Source: the human T2T-CHM13v2.0 reference genome, Homo sapiens. Taken from it: 64,000 nt of DNA. The stretch lies in NCBI RefSeq assembly GCF_009914755.1, contig NC_060930.1; one strand, 5' to 3'. Positions 44,351-58,700 of this stretch are shown here, one piece after another; positions within the stretch are counted from its first letter, which is position 1; the number at the start of each line of letters is the position of its first letter. The notes beneath the pieces were generated by a model. It did not search any database and had not been told where the DNA came from. It was given only the letters and a program-made list of their open reading frames with translations. The translations under genes and the position numbers were made by a program.

Positions 44351-45334
44351 TGAATATATGGATATCATACATGAGCCATAATAGCTTCATTTTGGTTCTG
44401 TTTTATTTTGTTCTTACAGAGCAAAATTTGGGAACAAATGGAAAAGTCTGTGGATCCATAGTTTCTGCTATAACAAACAAAGCTTTTATGTTTATATTGC
44501 ACTTCCACGTCAGAAGAACCTGTGGAAGAATCCAGGAAAATGCCTAGTGTCAATGTGAGGAAAGTACATGGATGGCAGCAGACTACCAGGTAACCCAGGA
44601 AAGAAACTGTGGAGGAAAAGAGAGAATAAGAGTGGACCAAATGGGCACCTGTATCCTAGACAGGATGTAGAAGTCATATAATTTTGCTTCGTGTTTAGTG
44701 AGAATTTTTCTTCCCTTTCCTTCCTTTTCCCTTCCATTTCCTTTCCTTTCCTTTCTTGAAACTTGTATTAACAGCAAACTCATATCGATGCAGCATCAAC
44801 AGATGAAGCCAAATTTTGCACAAACATCGTAAGATTTCTAACTAACCACTTTAGGATATGTGTGACTTGTGTCCAGTGGCTTATTAGTGTGAACAAAATC
44901 ACGGAATCAAACGAGCCTGACGACAACTGCATGGAGTGAGAGATTGGGTCTGGGCCACATGGCATACTCCTATTAGTTTTATATTATCAGTTAATAATAA
45001 TCGTGTGTTACTGTCTCAACAACCCTGTCATGTAGACAAGAAAACGAATGCTGGGGATATTATGTACTTGATTTCAGGTTGTACTAGTGGTAAATCTTGG
45101 GCTCTTGCTGCCAAGATTTGAGCCTTTTTCTTAGACTGATTATTTTCAAATGCCTTTTATCTCCATAATTTTATTTTTAAGGAAACTAAAACGGAGAAGT
45201 GTAATGCAAAAAACAGACAAAATGGGGCTACTCTGAGTGAGGCTGCATGAGAAGAATATACCAAGGGCTCTTTGTCCCTCCCCTTCACCCTCTCCTTCTT
45301 GGTTTCCAGAGCCAGTCTCTCAGGTGAACCTTCC

Positions 45335-45850
45335 CTGAGCCTGTGTTCTTCTCAGATGGCAGAGTTTGCAGCAAGAGCTCCCATGTAGTAGTTTACTTTT
45401 GGATAAGTGGTTTACTTTTGGACTGGGAAGAGAAGAAGAGTTATATAGCTGGCCATCCCTGTGGGCAACTGGAATTCATTCCTGCTAGGACCCTCTGGGG
45501 GAATTATACAGAATAAGTTTCAGAAAATTGTCCTGAGGAATGGCAACTTGGGAATGTTTACCTACTGGCTCCTGCCTCCATTGGTCAAGCAATCCCCCTG
45601 GGAGTTTTAGCCCTCCTCACATTTCCAGTTTTGCCCCTGTGTGAGCACAGAGTAGGTTCCTGCAGGCGTCGCACGCAGCAGCCCGCATGGGAGGTGACGC
45701 ACTCGGAACAGAAGGTGAGAGATGCATGGTGCCAATGAGGAGAGGAGCTCTCAGTCTCAACTTCCCCAAAGCTGGTTTGTCCAGGAATGTTGCTGGAGCA
45801 AATGGCAGTTTGAGAGATGGAAGGAGGGGTGCAAGCACTGAATACAAACC
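45335..45850 (-). mobile_element. LTR16-like solo LTR
   Basis: 'ctgtgggcaactggaattcattcctgctaggaccctctgg', 'tttacctactggctcctgcctccattggtcaag'. Confidence 0.6.
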
Positions 45851-47590
45851 CTGGGTTAGGCTTTCTGAAACCTGTTTCACAGTGGCCCACTGCCTACATT
45901 AGAATCAACTGGCATGCTCCTAAACTGTAAACTCCTGGGCCATGCCCCAGAACTGCTGCATTGGAATCACCTCAGCTGTGATTCTGGAATCTTCATGTTA
46001 CATGAACATTGTTAGGTGAGTTATGCACAGTAAAGTTTAAGAACAGCTATTGAACATTTGGATTTGGATTCAGCTGTGACCAGTTTTTGCTGGCTTAAAC
46101 ATCCTGACTCAGGGATACCTCTTTTATAAAGGGCTGATACCATTTCTTATCAGGCGAAGCAGTTGCTAATATTAAGTACGGTGAAACAGGAAGGTGATGG
46201 AACAATTATTGTGTAAATGGAGATACACACCCCACATGCTTGTATTCTCCTCGGGGATCTTCTCTATTCCCCTTTTCTCATACCTGCTTCAACTTCGAGC
46301 CTTTTGGGTTTTATTGAAATACTCTTGACATTTATGCTTGGACACTTGAAAAGTTTTTTCTCTTTACACTATTAAGCATTTTGTTGATTGACTTTGGCCT
46401 TTGTGCTTTCTCCAAATCTGTTCTTTTCCTTACCTTTCTCACTCTTCAGGGTATTTCCGGTCTAAATATTGGCCAAATAATTCTCTACGCTATAATTTAT
46501 AAAATATTTCCTCTTGGGTCAGGAAAATAAGAGGTTTTATTGCAGTTCAGTTCCAAAAGTAGTAGACAGAGACTGGGTGTTTAAACAGGGCCTGAAGCAA
46601 GGTTTTGCCAACCTTTCAGAGGCTGCATAACAAATATTTTTTATTTGCTCCGTCAGGTGTTGGAGTTAGCTATAGCCTCCTGAAGGTCATCTCTGAGCCT
46701 TCACTCCCTGTTACTCACACCAACCTTTATGAGTCCCCTATGAAAATAAAATCACCCTAGGAGGGATCATACTAAGCTATAATCAGTTAATACCTTGCTT
46801 TTCAATTAACACTCTAGCAGGGATTATTTGAAAGTCGTCTGAGAACAGAAATAGAGGTAGGCTGGCACTTGGAAAGCCTGGTTAGAATAAGAAGAAAGAA
46901 AGAAAAAGACAGGAAATCTTTACAATTTTGTTTAAAACTGGTAGGTGGCCCAGGCACTCCAAATCACTTGGGCTGTCTCAGTTTTCCAACCTGTGGTTTA
47001 AAGGCACGTGATTGTGAAAATTTGGCTTTTAAGGAGAATCAGGGTCTTCTTGAAGAAACAAACAAATCCAGCAGATCATCCACCTACTCCCTGTTGTTAC
47101 ATATGGTATTATGCCCCTACCAGTGTATGACTACAGTGTATAGAAAGAGAGAGACAGAGACAGAGAGAGAAATGTCTTAACAATCCCCATGCTATCCTTT
47201 ATTTGCTTTGTGTTCTTTGTGTTTATTGCCAACATAACTTAAAGGTAAGGGGTGCTTAAGTCAACAATATTGATGTGATGGTTGCTACTCTAGTGAGCTA
47301 CTGGGACAGACCTCATGAGATAAATTACACTCATGAGATACATTCATGTTAGGATTAGGATTTTGAGCCTAGTCCTAACATAAAAAGAGCAGCATCTCCT
47401 CTCCAAAAGGACAAAAGCAAGTTGGTTGCTGTAATTTCAGGTAGTTCCTTGTGTGGTTATATTGTACAATCTACCTCTCCACATCTGCCTGATTAATGAT
47501 TTTTGTTTACTTAATTTTAATACAATAGTACAAAAGAATATATGTGACATATGTATGTTTGTATGTATGTATATATATGTATATGTAAGT

Positions 47591-48128
47591 CAGGGGTCCT
47601 CGACTCCCAGGCCATGGATGGGTACTGGTACTGGTACTGGTTGCTGTTAGAAACTGACATAGCAGGAGGTGAGCAGTGGGTGAGCAGAGCTTCATCTGTA
47701 TTTACAGCCACTTCCCATTGATTGAATTAACACCTGAGCTCCGCCTCCTGTCAGATCAGCAGTGGCATTAGATTCTCATAGGTGCGTGAACCCTACTGTG
47801 AACTGCACATTCAAGGGATCTAGGTTGCCTGCTCTTTATGAGAATCTAATGCCTGATGATCTGTCACTGTCTCCCATCACCCTCAGATGGGACTGTCTAG
47901 TTGCAAAAAACAAAAACAAACAGAAAAAAACAAGCTCAGGGCTCCCACTGATTTTACATTATGGTGAGTTGTATAATTATTTCATTAAGTGTTGTAATAG
48001 AAATAAAGTGTACAATAAATGTATTAATAATACCCTTGCATCCCCAAATTGTCCCTAATATCCCTGTTCTGTGGAAAAATTGTCTTCCATGAAACCTGCC
48101 CCTGGTGCCAAAAAGTTGGGAACTGCTG
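47591..48128 (+). mobile_element. MER1A (hAT-Charlie)
   Basis: CAGGGGTCC... start, '...ctggtgccaaaaagttgggaactgctg' end, perfect 8-bp TSD ATGTAAGT at 47583-47590 and 48129-48136. Confidence 0.92.
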
Positions 48129-48139
48129 ATGTAAGTTAT

Positions 48140-49370
48140 AAAGTGTGATAGTGTAATGAGCAACTGTGAACCTATCATCCAATCGAAATATTCGAACATG
48201 GTTGCAATGCTTCCCTGTATTTATCCCCTGCTTCCATGCTGAAATATTCCCCTCATTTTGCACAAACAGTAACCAGTACTTTGAATTTTGTGTAATTATT
48301 GCTTACTCTACTTTTATACTCTTGTCATTTGCTTGTTGGTAGGCCTAAATAACAGATTTTTTCAGTTGTGCTTCTTTTTGAGCAGTTCATTAAACTTATT
48401 ACATGGGATATCTTCTTATGAAATTTATTGTTTTTCACTTTGCATCATGGTTGTCTGTAGCTATCGTTCAATCGCGTGTTCCATGGAATAGCTATGTCAC
48501 AACTGATTTATCTATTCTCCTGTTAAAGGAGAATTATGGCTTCCAGTTAGCTGTTGCTGTCATGAGTATACTCTTCTACATCTCCTATTGCACATCTATG
48601 CAAGTGTCACTGACACATATACCTAGGACAGAGTTTCTCAACCTCAGCAGTACTGATGTGTGGAGCCGGATAGCTCTTTGTTGTGGGAAACCGTCCTATG
48701 CATCGTAACAGGTTTAACAGCATCCCTGGCCTCTACCCACTAGATGTCAGTAGTGTCTCCAAGTTGTGACAACCAAAAATGTCTCCAGACGTTGCCAAAG
48801 GTATTCCAGGGGTCAAAATCACTTACCTAGAAATACAGCTGCTGGGTAGAGACAACATGTAAGTATTCACTTTCACAAGAGAAAGCCCAGTTGTTTTCCA
48901 AAGTGATTGTAACCACTTAGTGCCTACTGGCTTTCCCATTGATTCACTTCTTCTCTGATACTGGGTATTGTCAGATCTTCTAATCTGAGATAATTAAATA
49001 GGTGTAAAACTGTATCTTATTATGGTCATAACTTGTATTTCCTTGATTATTAGCTAGGTTGAGCACCTCATTATATCTGTTTTGGCCATGCTTCTTTCTC
49101 TTAACAGTGTTTTGGCTTTTGCCTGTTTTTCCGTTGGGTTGTCTGTTATTGATTTGTAGAAATTATGTATGTATTCTGGAATATATTAATCCTTTGTTGT
49201 TAAGTGACTTGTAAATATCTCCCTTTGTTTGCCATTTATTTTTCTTATTCTCTGATGGTGTATTTGCTGAACACAATTTTTAATTTTAATTAAAATATAA
49301 AAATTTAAGTTAAATACTACAATCTTAATTTAAATATTAAAATATGATAGGATTTTTTTTTATGGTTAAC
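48140..49370 (-). mobile_element. L1ME-like 3' region
   Basis: 'ttttccaaagtgattgtaacc', 'tgtatttccttgattattagctaggttgagcacc'. Confidence 0.65.
48629..48822 (+). mobile_element. MER20 (hAT-Charlie)
   Basis: 'tttctcaacctcagcagtactga', 'cagcatccctggcctctacccactagatg', 'gtgacaaccaaaaatgtctccagac'. Confidence 0.9.
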
Positions 49371-49419
49371 CTTTTTTACCCCAAGATTACAAAGGAATTT
49401 GCCCCTATTTTCATTTCTG

Positions 49420-49911
49420 GTTAGGACATGAAAAGAATAGCTCCTTCCTGACTTACTCTCTCTTGGATCAATTACTGTGATGGAAACCAGCTGCCATGTC
49501 AGGAGTACACTCAGCTGGCCTAATGGGAGGCCCACACAGAGAGGCACTGAGGTCGCCAATCAATAACCAACACCAATACAGCGCAGGTGAGTGGGTACTT
49601 TTGGAATTGGATCCTCCAGCACTCATGAAGCCTTCAAATGACCGTAAGTTTATGAGAAACCCTCATTTAAACCTAATACCCAATGTTATAGCATTAAGAG
49701 GTAGAACCTTTTGGAAAGTGATTAGGTTATGAGTGCTTTGCCCTCATGAATGGGATCAGTGCCCTTATGAAAAACATTGACCCACTCCCCAAATTCTAGG
49801 TTCTCCTATTCTGACCCTCAGAAAATGGCAGGGATAATGAATATTTATAGTCATTTCATAAAACTTTAAGTTTTAGAGTAATTTGCTATTCTGCAATAGA
49901 TAACTAATACA
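49420..49911 (+). mobile_element. MLT1F/G-like MaLR LTR interrupted at 49669-49780 by a copy of a neighbouring LTR segment
   Basis: 'gaaaccagctgccatgtcaggag', 'aagccttcaaatgac', end 'gcaatagataactaataca'. Confidence 0.75.
49669..49780 (+). repeat. 112-bp local duplicate of 51095-51206 (7 mismatches, no gaps)
   Basis: direct base-by-base comparison. Confidence 0.95.
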
Positions 49912-51049
49912 GCTTCCTTTCTACTTTGCTAATGATCTTTGATTGTGAGCACATTACTTGATCTCTTTGGTGGAAATCCTGCAGCTCAAAAATTGAGAAG
50001 GCTTTCTTTCAGTCTGGGTATGCTTTCTGACTATGGCTTCTGTCATTAATAAACTTCTGTTTATCTTGGGTCAGTTCAAGAATTCTAGACTCAGATTCTC
50101 TAATATTTGCTCAAGACTTAGTAACCAACAGCATTGCTACTCTCCTGATCTACCCTTAGGTCACCCTGTTCCTCCTGACCCCTGATTGTTCTGATCCCAG
50201 TTCTTCACTGCAGTTCATATGGCAGGAATTTGGGGAGAAGGTTTGAAAATCTCCACCAATTTAAAGGCAAACAATGCTTTGAAGACTTTGTCCTATGTAA
50301 TAGATAGTAACAGGAGGTTTTCAGAGCACCTAGTCAGCCATAGTGCTAAAAGCAGATAGCCAAAAAGATTTTCCCAAGGCCTTCTCATCTAGAGGAATGG
50401 AGCAGACAGCTTCTTTTCAATACATGGGCATTTGATATATGTTATCCAGGGCTTGTGGCACCATATGATGAAGTTGAAACCCTTCTTTTAAGCAACCATT
50501 GACCTACTGATGGACAAAAACAAACTGGTTTAGATGTCCCTTCAACATGAGGGTCCACAAATTAGACCTATATCTTCAGCCTTCTCAGATAACACATGCT
50601 AAATTATTTAGCTTGCTAAGTGCCAAAAATTCAAACCTCTAATCAGTGTCAGTTTTCCCAAGGCAGAATTTCTGGAAACTACTGACCTGGAAATATGATG
50701 GGAATGAGGATGGCCTCTGGCAATAACTCTCTTGCCTCTCTACATCTCAGTTACCAAATGTATAAAATGTAGACATGGTTTGAGATGACTGTCAAAATCT
50801 TTTCCAGCTCCCACAATTTTTAAAATATCTATAGATAATGTCCATTACCAGTAAAAAAAAAAAAAAAAAAAAAAAAAGATATATCAAATAGACCCCTCCT
50901 AGCTATCAAGCTGCTGAGGTGGTCAAGAAAGAATAAAATTATTTCCAAATTGCCAGTTATCAAGTCCACATTTCTTACTCACAGCCTTGAAGACCCTCTC
51001 GTTTTCTCTAAAAAGGCCTCAGATATAGCAGCACTTTTCAAATACTTGC

Positions 51050-51719
<670 letters not shown>

Positions 51720-52951
51720 CTTAGTTATTAGTTAGCACATTAACAGGGAGGCACTTAAAGCTGTCAGAGACAACAGGAATGAGACTCTTGAGTAAGATAA
51801 GGGGCAAAAAGGTAGCATTAAAAGAAGTGAGAAGACAGCAAGTCAAACTTTGCTAAATTACTATTTTGCTCAGGGGCCAGCCCTGCTTTCAGAAAGGACT
51901 TTATACTCATTTAAAATACTGGTTTTGTATGCATGCACATGTATGTATAAATATTTGTATATTATGTATTCACAAGCAGGAAGAATCCATTGACAATCTG
52001 GAGGTTGTTTTGTCAGAGAACTTCTTCAGTGGAATCATGGTTTCTTCTTATCCTTTCTAAGCAAAGGGTATTTTTTGCAAAATGAAGGTGAGGAAGCAAC
52101 TGGGATTTAGGTCTGCTGAGAAAGGCTTTGTCTTCACTTGCCTGGGTGAGTCATTCTTAAGCTGCTCCCACCTCCACCTGTCCCCCACCACGCTCTCAAC
52201 TGTTGCCTGTGCTGTGATCTTGACCTTGAGCGCATTCCCTTGAGCGTACCTTGCAGCCCACTCTAAGGGTTGGTGACAAACTGAAAGACAACCATGCACC
52301 TCTTACACTCTGTGGTTTCCTTTGTCATGTCACTCATATACTGAATGCATTTCTGATGACTTGTTCAATTAAATGTACCTTCATTTATCTGGTGGCATTT
52401 TCTCATAAAATTCACAAATTCCCTTAATTTTGCTGCTTCCCGCATCAAAAACAGAAAGTTGAAGAAAGATTGTAAGGAAGGTTTCACATTAAGGATTCTG
52501 GTGACAACAGCCTGGTGATTTTTCAGTCAATCAGGATTTCTTTTAGGAAATATAAAGTAGGTGGATAATTATTTAGTTGAGCTTAAAATGTTTCTTCTGC
52601 ATGAGTTCCAGAGAAAATGAAGATGCTTTTGTTATTAGCAAAGTAATGAAAGGAGGGCCTGAGGTTCTAGAGGTAGGGGAATTCGAGAGGAGGTGGAATT
52701 GAGGGAGAGTTTTTCAATTGTGGTGTTAAGGGAAGGGGGAAATGAAGGAAAGAGAAAGGGAGTAAGTGGCTTTTTAAAACAAAACCTGGAGCATTATGTG
52801 CCAAGGAAACTAAAATTGACTGAAGAAAGCTAAGTCTAAAGTTGCCATTAGAAATCGTGAATTCAAAATTCATAATTATAGCAAGTTTGATTTGTTCTTC
52901 TAATGAACTATTGAATATCTCATGCCATGGAAATGGTCTTTGATTAAATGA

Positions 52952-53261
<310 letters not shown>

Positions 53262-53734
53262 TAAATGAGATATTATTAAATGGCAGGAAAATAGTTACAT
53301 GTACCATCGGGTATACATCTCATTGGGTATTTGCCTGACTATCAAACCCTGGATTCAAGTCTTTCTTTCTAGGCAAACCCTTGACTCACTGGGAAGAGAT
53401 GCTATGATTCAGGCATGTGAGTATAGAAAATTAAAGTAACATATTTGTTGAGGTAAATTAGCTATCTCTAACATAGGAAGGAGACATTTGTCATTTGATG
53501 ATGACATATATTCTCCTAGGTCTCTTTTTAGTATTAATATTAGAACAGAATTATAAAATGTTGACACTGGAACAAACCAGCCCATCTGGTTTTTAAGGTT
53601 GATTGATTTCCCCAATTTTTGTGTTACTGTATACTTACAAATCTTTAGTTCTTAGTTTATTTATAAGTTGGTGAAGACTAGAGTAGATTAAGTCTTAGGT
53701 CCTTCCACATTCTATAATTCATGTGTTATCTAAC

Positions 53735-53931
53735 ATATTTAATTGTGTTCAAGACACACATCTTTTTCACATTTTAGTGTCTCTAAAATTGAAGTGTGTC
53801 TTACAATCAATATTTCTTAGTTACTGTCACAGAATTGTTATTTATCGGGTTTTCCTTTACTATTTTGAAGGTACATAAAATAATGGTGCATTTTACAATG
53901 AACGCTATCTTAGCTTTGATGAAATATGCTG
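53735..53931 (-). mobile_element. MER104-like Tc2 MITE
   Basis: reverse strand reads 'catatttcatcaaagctaagat...ttgtaaaatgcaccattattttatg'. Confidence 0.55.
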
Positions 53932-54661
53932 TGTAATTGATAACTGCGCCCCAAAGATACCAAACTCAGATAATGGCATCATCCATCAGCCAATCATATC
54001 AAAACCAACTTAGTTCATATTCCTGGGCATCTTTGAGAGGTGAATGGCATTTCAATTCCAGAAAAGGATTTAGTTGATGTAGGTTCCATAAATAAATTCT
54101 TTTTATATTTCTCTGGACATCTACTTTGGAGATATCCATTCCTCTTTATCTGAAACTGTTTTCTTTTCCGAAGTTTTGACCAAAAGTCAATACATTCAGT
54201 GCCCGGATATTCTGGTATAGGAGTGTAAAATAAGCAATTAGAAAGATAGTTCTTTCCTTATAGCTAAATATGTCTGTTTAATAGTTAATTCAAAAAGAAT
54301 TTTTTGAATTTCCATGTATTATGCTATCAACTAAGATAATAAACTGGAAGCAATATATATCTTCATGGAATAGGTTGTTAAACAATGCAGTGCAAAAAGG
54401 ACTGCATTGGGGTAAATGGAAGAAATTGCACAGAAAATCTTAAGTCATGAGAAAAGGCTTTCTGTAGAAGGAGATAGCTGAGGACTGAAAGACAAGTAGG
54501 CTTAGCCAAGTGAATTATATGGAAAGAAGAGAAGGGCATTCTAAGGAAAGAAAGCAGAGTGTTCAATGACCCATGATTCAAAAGAAAAAGCAACCCATTA
54601 GGCTAAGGGAACTAAATCTTGTACACACTGGCTAGACACTCATAAGGACATCAAGTTTTCT

Positions 54662-54985
54662 TTCTTTTTCTTTTTTCTTTTTTCTTTTTTTTTTTTTTTG
54701 AGACAGAGTCTTACTCAGTCTGTTGCCCAGGCTGGAATGCAGTGGCATGATCTTGGCTCACTGAAACCTCTGCCTCCTGGTTTCAATTGATTCTCTTGCC
54801 TCAGCCTCCCAAGTAGCTGGGATTATAGGCACCCACCACCACGCCTGGCTAATTTTGGTAATTTTTGTAGAGACAGGGTTTCACCATGTTGGCCAGGCTG
54901 GTCTCGGACTCCTGACCTCAAATGATTCACCCGCCTTGGCTTCCCAAAGTGCTGGGATTACAGACATGAGCCACCATGCCCTGCC
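54662..54985 (-). mobile_element. AluS (Sx/Sz-like)
   Basis: full body; TSD ACATCAAGTTTTCT at 54648-54661 and 54988-55001. Confidence 0.95.
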
Positions 54986-55394
54986 CAACATCAAGTTTTC
55001 TAAATCAGTCCTTCCATTTAAAAGCATTTCATCTAATCTGAGCTAAACTCTGCACAAAGCATGAGAAAATTGCAAGTAGACTATTGTCTTGACCACATAA
55101 AGCTTGAAATTTCAAAATAGGATTACATAAAAATAATCAGATAATAATACAGTTCTGAAGAAGCCACCAAGGACTTTTTGGTTCTCTCACAGATCTTGAA
55201 ACTAATAATATTTTTTTACAAAAAAACTCATCTCTTTAATGTTCACATCTATTGTTCCTTCTCTTTCCCAATCTCAGTGAATAGCCATACCCTGACAACC
55301 AAACCGCAAATCTCAAAATCATATTCATTTGTTCAATAACACTCTCCAAATATAATCCATCATCTAGTTTTCTTTCTTGTTCACCTCATTTTTT

Positions 55395-55555
55395 AGCTAT
55401 GCTAATATCAGACAAAATGGACTTTAGAACAAAATTTGTTGCTAGAGAAAAAGGACATTTTATGATAATAAAATCATGTGCACCTAATAAGAGGGCCCCA
55501 AAATACATGAAGCATAACCTGACAGAACTGAAAGGAGAAATAGACAGTGAGTGAT
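55395..55555 (+). mobile_element. L1 ORF2 endonuclease-region fragment
   Basis: 'ctaatatcagacaaaatggacttt', 'ctgacagaactgaaaggagaaatagaca'. Confidence 0.75.
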
Positions 55556-55599
55556 AACCGGGAAGAAGCTACAAATGAGGATATTCTAATGGATTTCTG

Positions 55600-56100
55600 T
55601 TATCTTTGTTTTAATATCTTTGGGTTGTTCAATATTCCCTCTTCTTAATAGAACCCCTATTTTGGGGGAACTCATTTCTCATGGTTTATGTGAGGCTGAC
55701 CCTAATTTTCTGACCACAGGAATGGGCATATGATGTACATTTCACCAATTAGAATACCACAGGCTCTAGAGTTAAGACAGAATCCAAGACAGGTCAGTTA
55801 GAGAACTCAATGGAAATTTACTGCTATGGTACCCCACTTTTTTTATGTGTGCAAGATTTATTAAGCTGGCATGGTATGATCCATCATGCCTACAACTGAG
55901 AAAGAATATGCATGCAAAATTAAGCCAAGCAGAGACAAATGGATTTCAAATAACAAGAAAGCCAGGGCCTTGATAACATTATTTTGAGGTCCTGGATTAT
56001 TCCTGAATCTAAAATACCTGTAGACATCTTTGTTATGTGAGCTCTTTTGCTTAAGCCTATTTGAGTTAGGATTTCATCACTTGCAACTGGAAGAGACATA
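55600..56100 (+). mobile_element. old MaLR LTR (MLT1J/K-like)
   Basis: 3' 'ttgcttaagcctatttgagttaggatttcatcacttgcaac'. Confidence 0.6.
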
Positions 56101-57849
56101 AACAAAAAAGCAGCAGTTAACAATAAAAGTGTATCAGTAAACTAGGTATTTGTAAACATGTATAACTAGTTATTGAGCAGGGATATACACATTAAATGTC
56201 TTTATTTTTCTCTAATCCCTGTTTTCTGACCTGACTGGTCATATCTTTCTTTCCTTCATCTGATTTCCTGAGACGATTCCACAGTTTCCTAGAAATGTTC
56301 AATTATAAGAATGTTTAGATACATATAACACTTTCAGGAAGTAAAATTTCTGGATAAGGTTAAGCCAAAATTCCAGTCTCACTTCTGATTTGATTTGAAT
56401 ATCTTTCTTCTCACAGCTCAAGCCAGACCCATGGCTCTGGGCCTGTAGTAGGGGAGGGGCCATGTTCTCAACTTTCAGATTTCCTTCTTAGCCTTTCAAG
56501 CCTTTATTTAGCTGCTGTTTTTTGTAGTTCTTTCTTGGCTGATAGTAAATGCCTAGTGTGTTCTCCATTAGAGCAGGCTTCTAAATACTGCTCTGTCATG
56601 GATAACTTTTCTTTTTTCTCCCTTTATTTTCCTTTTGAGTTCTTCAGCCAATATCTCTAAACATTGTTCACTGAGATTGTTCCAGGTTATTATTTGATGA
56701 CATGGGTAATGTGCTTTCCAGCTGACCTGGAGTGACATCCTTTCAGTCTTTGTCCACAGGGATCCATCCTGTTAGCATCCACTCACCCCCAGCACTTTTT
56801 AAAGTAGGATCCCATAGAGACAGCCTAAGCTCACTTGGACTAAAGGAAACTCATGCCTCATTTCCATGCCAGACTCTGGGTAGTCTGCTGCCCCCAGGCT
56901 CCACTCTCCCTTCCTTGTCTTGCCATGGAAGACAGCTCCAGCCAGCCTTTTATCTTCTGATTTTTTCCACTTTGGCAGCAGACACCAGTATCTATTTTTA
57001 TGTACACTGTCAAACTTCAGGGGACACAAATAAATTCCTCCTAAATGTCAAGTGCTCCCAAGGCCTCCCTCATCAAACTCTGATGTACTGACTAAACCTA
57101 AAACTGTCTGCGAGTTGAAAGTATCCAATTGGAGAGGACAATATGGTGTCTCTTCTTTTGCAGACATCCACAATCTCTACAAAGGTCTCTTTCAGAGCTC
57201 CCCTTACTTGGTTAGGTGGGGAGAGCCCTCTTTCCTTTTCTTCATGTGCATTTCCCCCTAGTAACAGCTCTTGTCCCTAGGCAGATAATTCTTTCCAACT
57301 TACGTCTCTTTTCAGGAACTCCTGTCCATTGCTTACATTGGATAGATAGAAAAGGTAAGTGGGAGAAGTAAGTTCCAGTTGGATCACCCCTTAGTAAACA
57401 CTTGAAGGATTGCTGGCTGCTCTTTAGAACACAGAAGCACTTATTGACAGTGGTGGTCCTCAATGTGTTTAATGGCGAGTGTGTTTAATGGCTCCTATGG
57501 CAGGTCATTAGATGGATTCAGACCATAATGTTGAAACAGTATTCTGTAAAGGCCTTGATGATCTAGAATTTAATCTTTTAGTTTCTGAGCCATTAGGAAA
57601 TCAAGGGGTTCCAGGTAAGAGGCTAAGGCAGTAGAATGGTGGGGCTCAGGGAAGTGGCTACTTATCAGTTCTCTAGAAGTATTTCTATGTTTTAGCAACC
57701 AAGTACCTGAGAGCCCTGCCTATTTCCTATTCTCCTCAGGATTATTTGCAAGCCCTTCTCATTAAGAAACAGGGGCAAAGCACAACGTGTACTTGAAAAG
57801 AATTGAAGCTTGAGCTAAAATCTCCAGATAATAAAAAAAGTGTTACTCC

Positions 57850-58700
57850 ACATTTTGTTGGAGTCAATGTCCAAGAAATGTTTGATAAACTTAACTGAGT
57901 TAAGGTCAGAGCCTTGGGGAGAGGAACTGCTGAAGGAGCAGTAGGCGTAAAAGGAGAAGGAAATCAGGAGAATGTGATGAACAGAAAACAAGAGTTGTAT
58001 GAAAAGTAGACCATTTGCAGCATGGAAGACAAAGACACTGAAGGTGAAGGAAACATCCTTATTTTTATTGATGGCCTTCATAAGAAAATTCTTAGAATGG
58101 TGGTGAAGCTGAAAGTGAGAAAAGAGAGATAAGAGAGTAGACGAGGTGAGATGAAGAAATAAAAGTGACAGATGCAGGCAATTCAAGTGTGGAGTTATAA
58201 GGATGGGAAGAAGTTGGATGGTAGTGAGAAGGGCATATGGAACAAGAAAGCTTGCTCGGAAGTGTTTTGTTTTTGTTTTTCAAACATTTAAGTATGTTTG
58301 AAGGCAGAAGAGTAGGAGTTGGTTGGGAATAAATGGCTGTGACTGTGAAGAAAATATAAAGCATAGTCCCTTTGCATCTGGAAGGCCTGAGCTCACAAAG
58401 ATAGGATTGGCTTTGGGAAAGAGGAATTTCACTTCCCCTCCAAGACTGGATGGCAACTTCTGAGTATTTACCAGGGTGTGAAAAAAGAGTGAGTGTGGGA
58501 AAAACTAGTAGCTTGAGCCAGTAAACCCCTATCTTCTGAGTCAAGAGGCAAGAAGATTATTGAGAGTGGCAGAGAGAAAGGAGAGGTCTAGAATATTTTG
58601 CAAAGGAGAATTTGCAGAACTGAATTACCAGGCATCAGGGTGGGTTCCAGCTGGAGTCAACACTCCAGCTGTCTGGTGAACAGATCCCCATGCTGTGAGG
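57850..58700 (-). mobile_element. L2 relic
   Basis: purine-rich diverged L2-like antisense sequence; boundaries uncertain. Confidence 0.4.

Noticed and set aside
50853-50877. Solo A25 tract as a tail-only retroposition or processed pseudogene end
   Set aside because: No convincing TSD, upstream AATAAA or ORF; treated as a mononucleotide run
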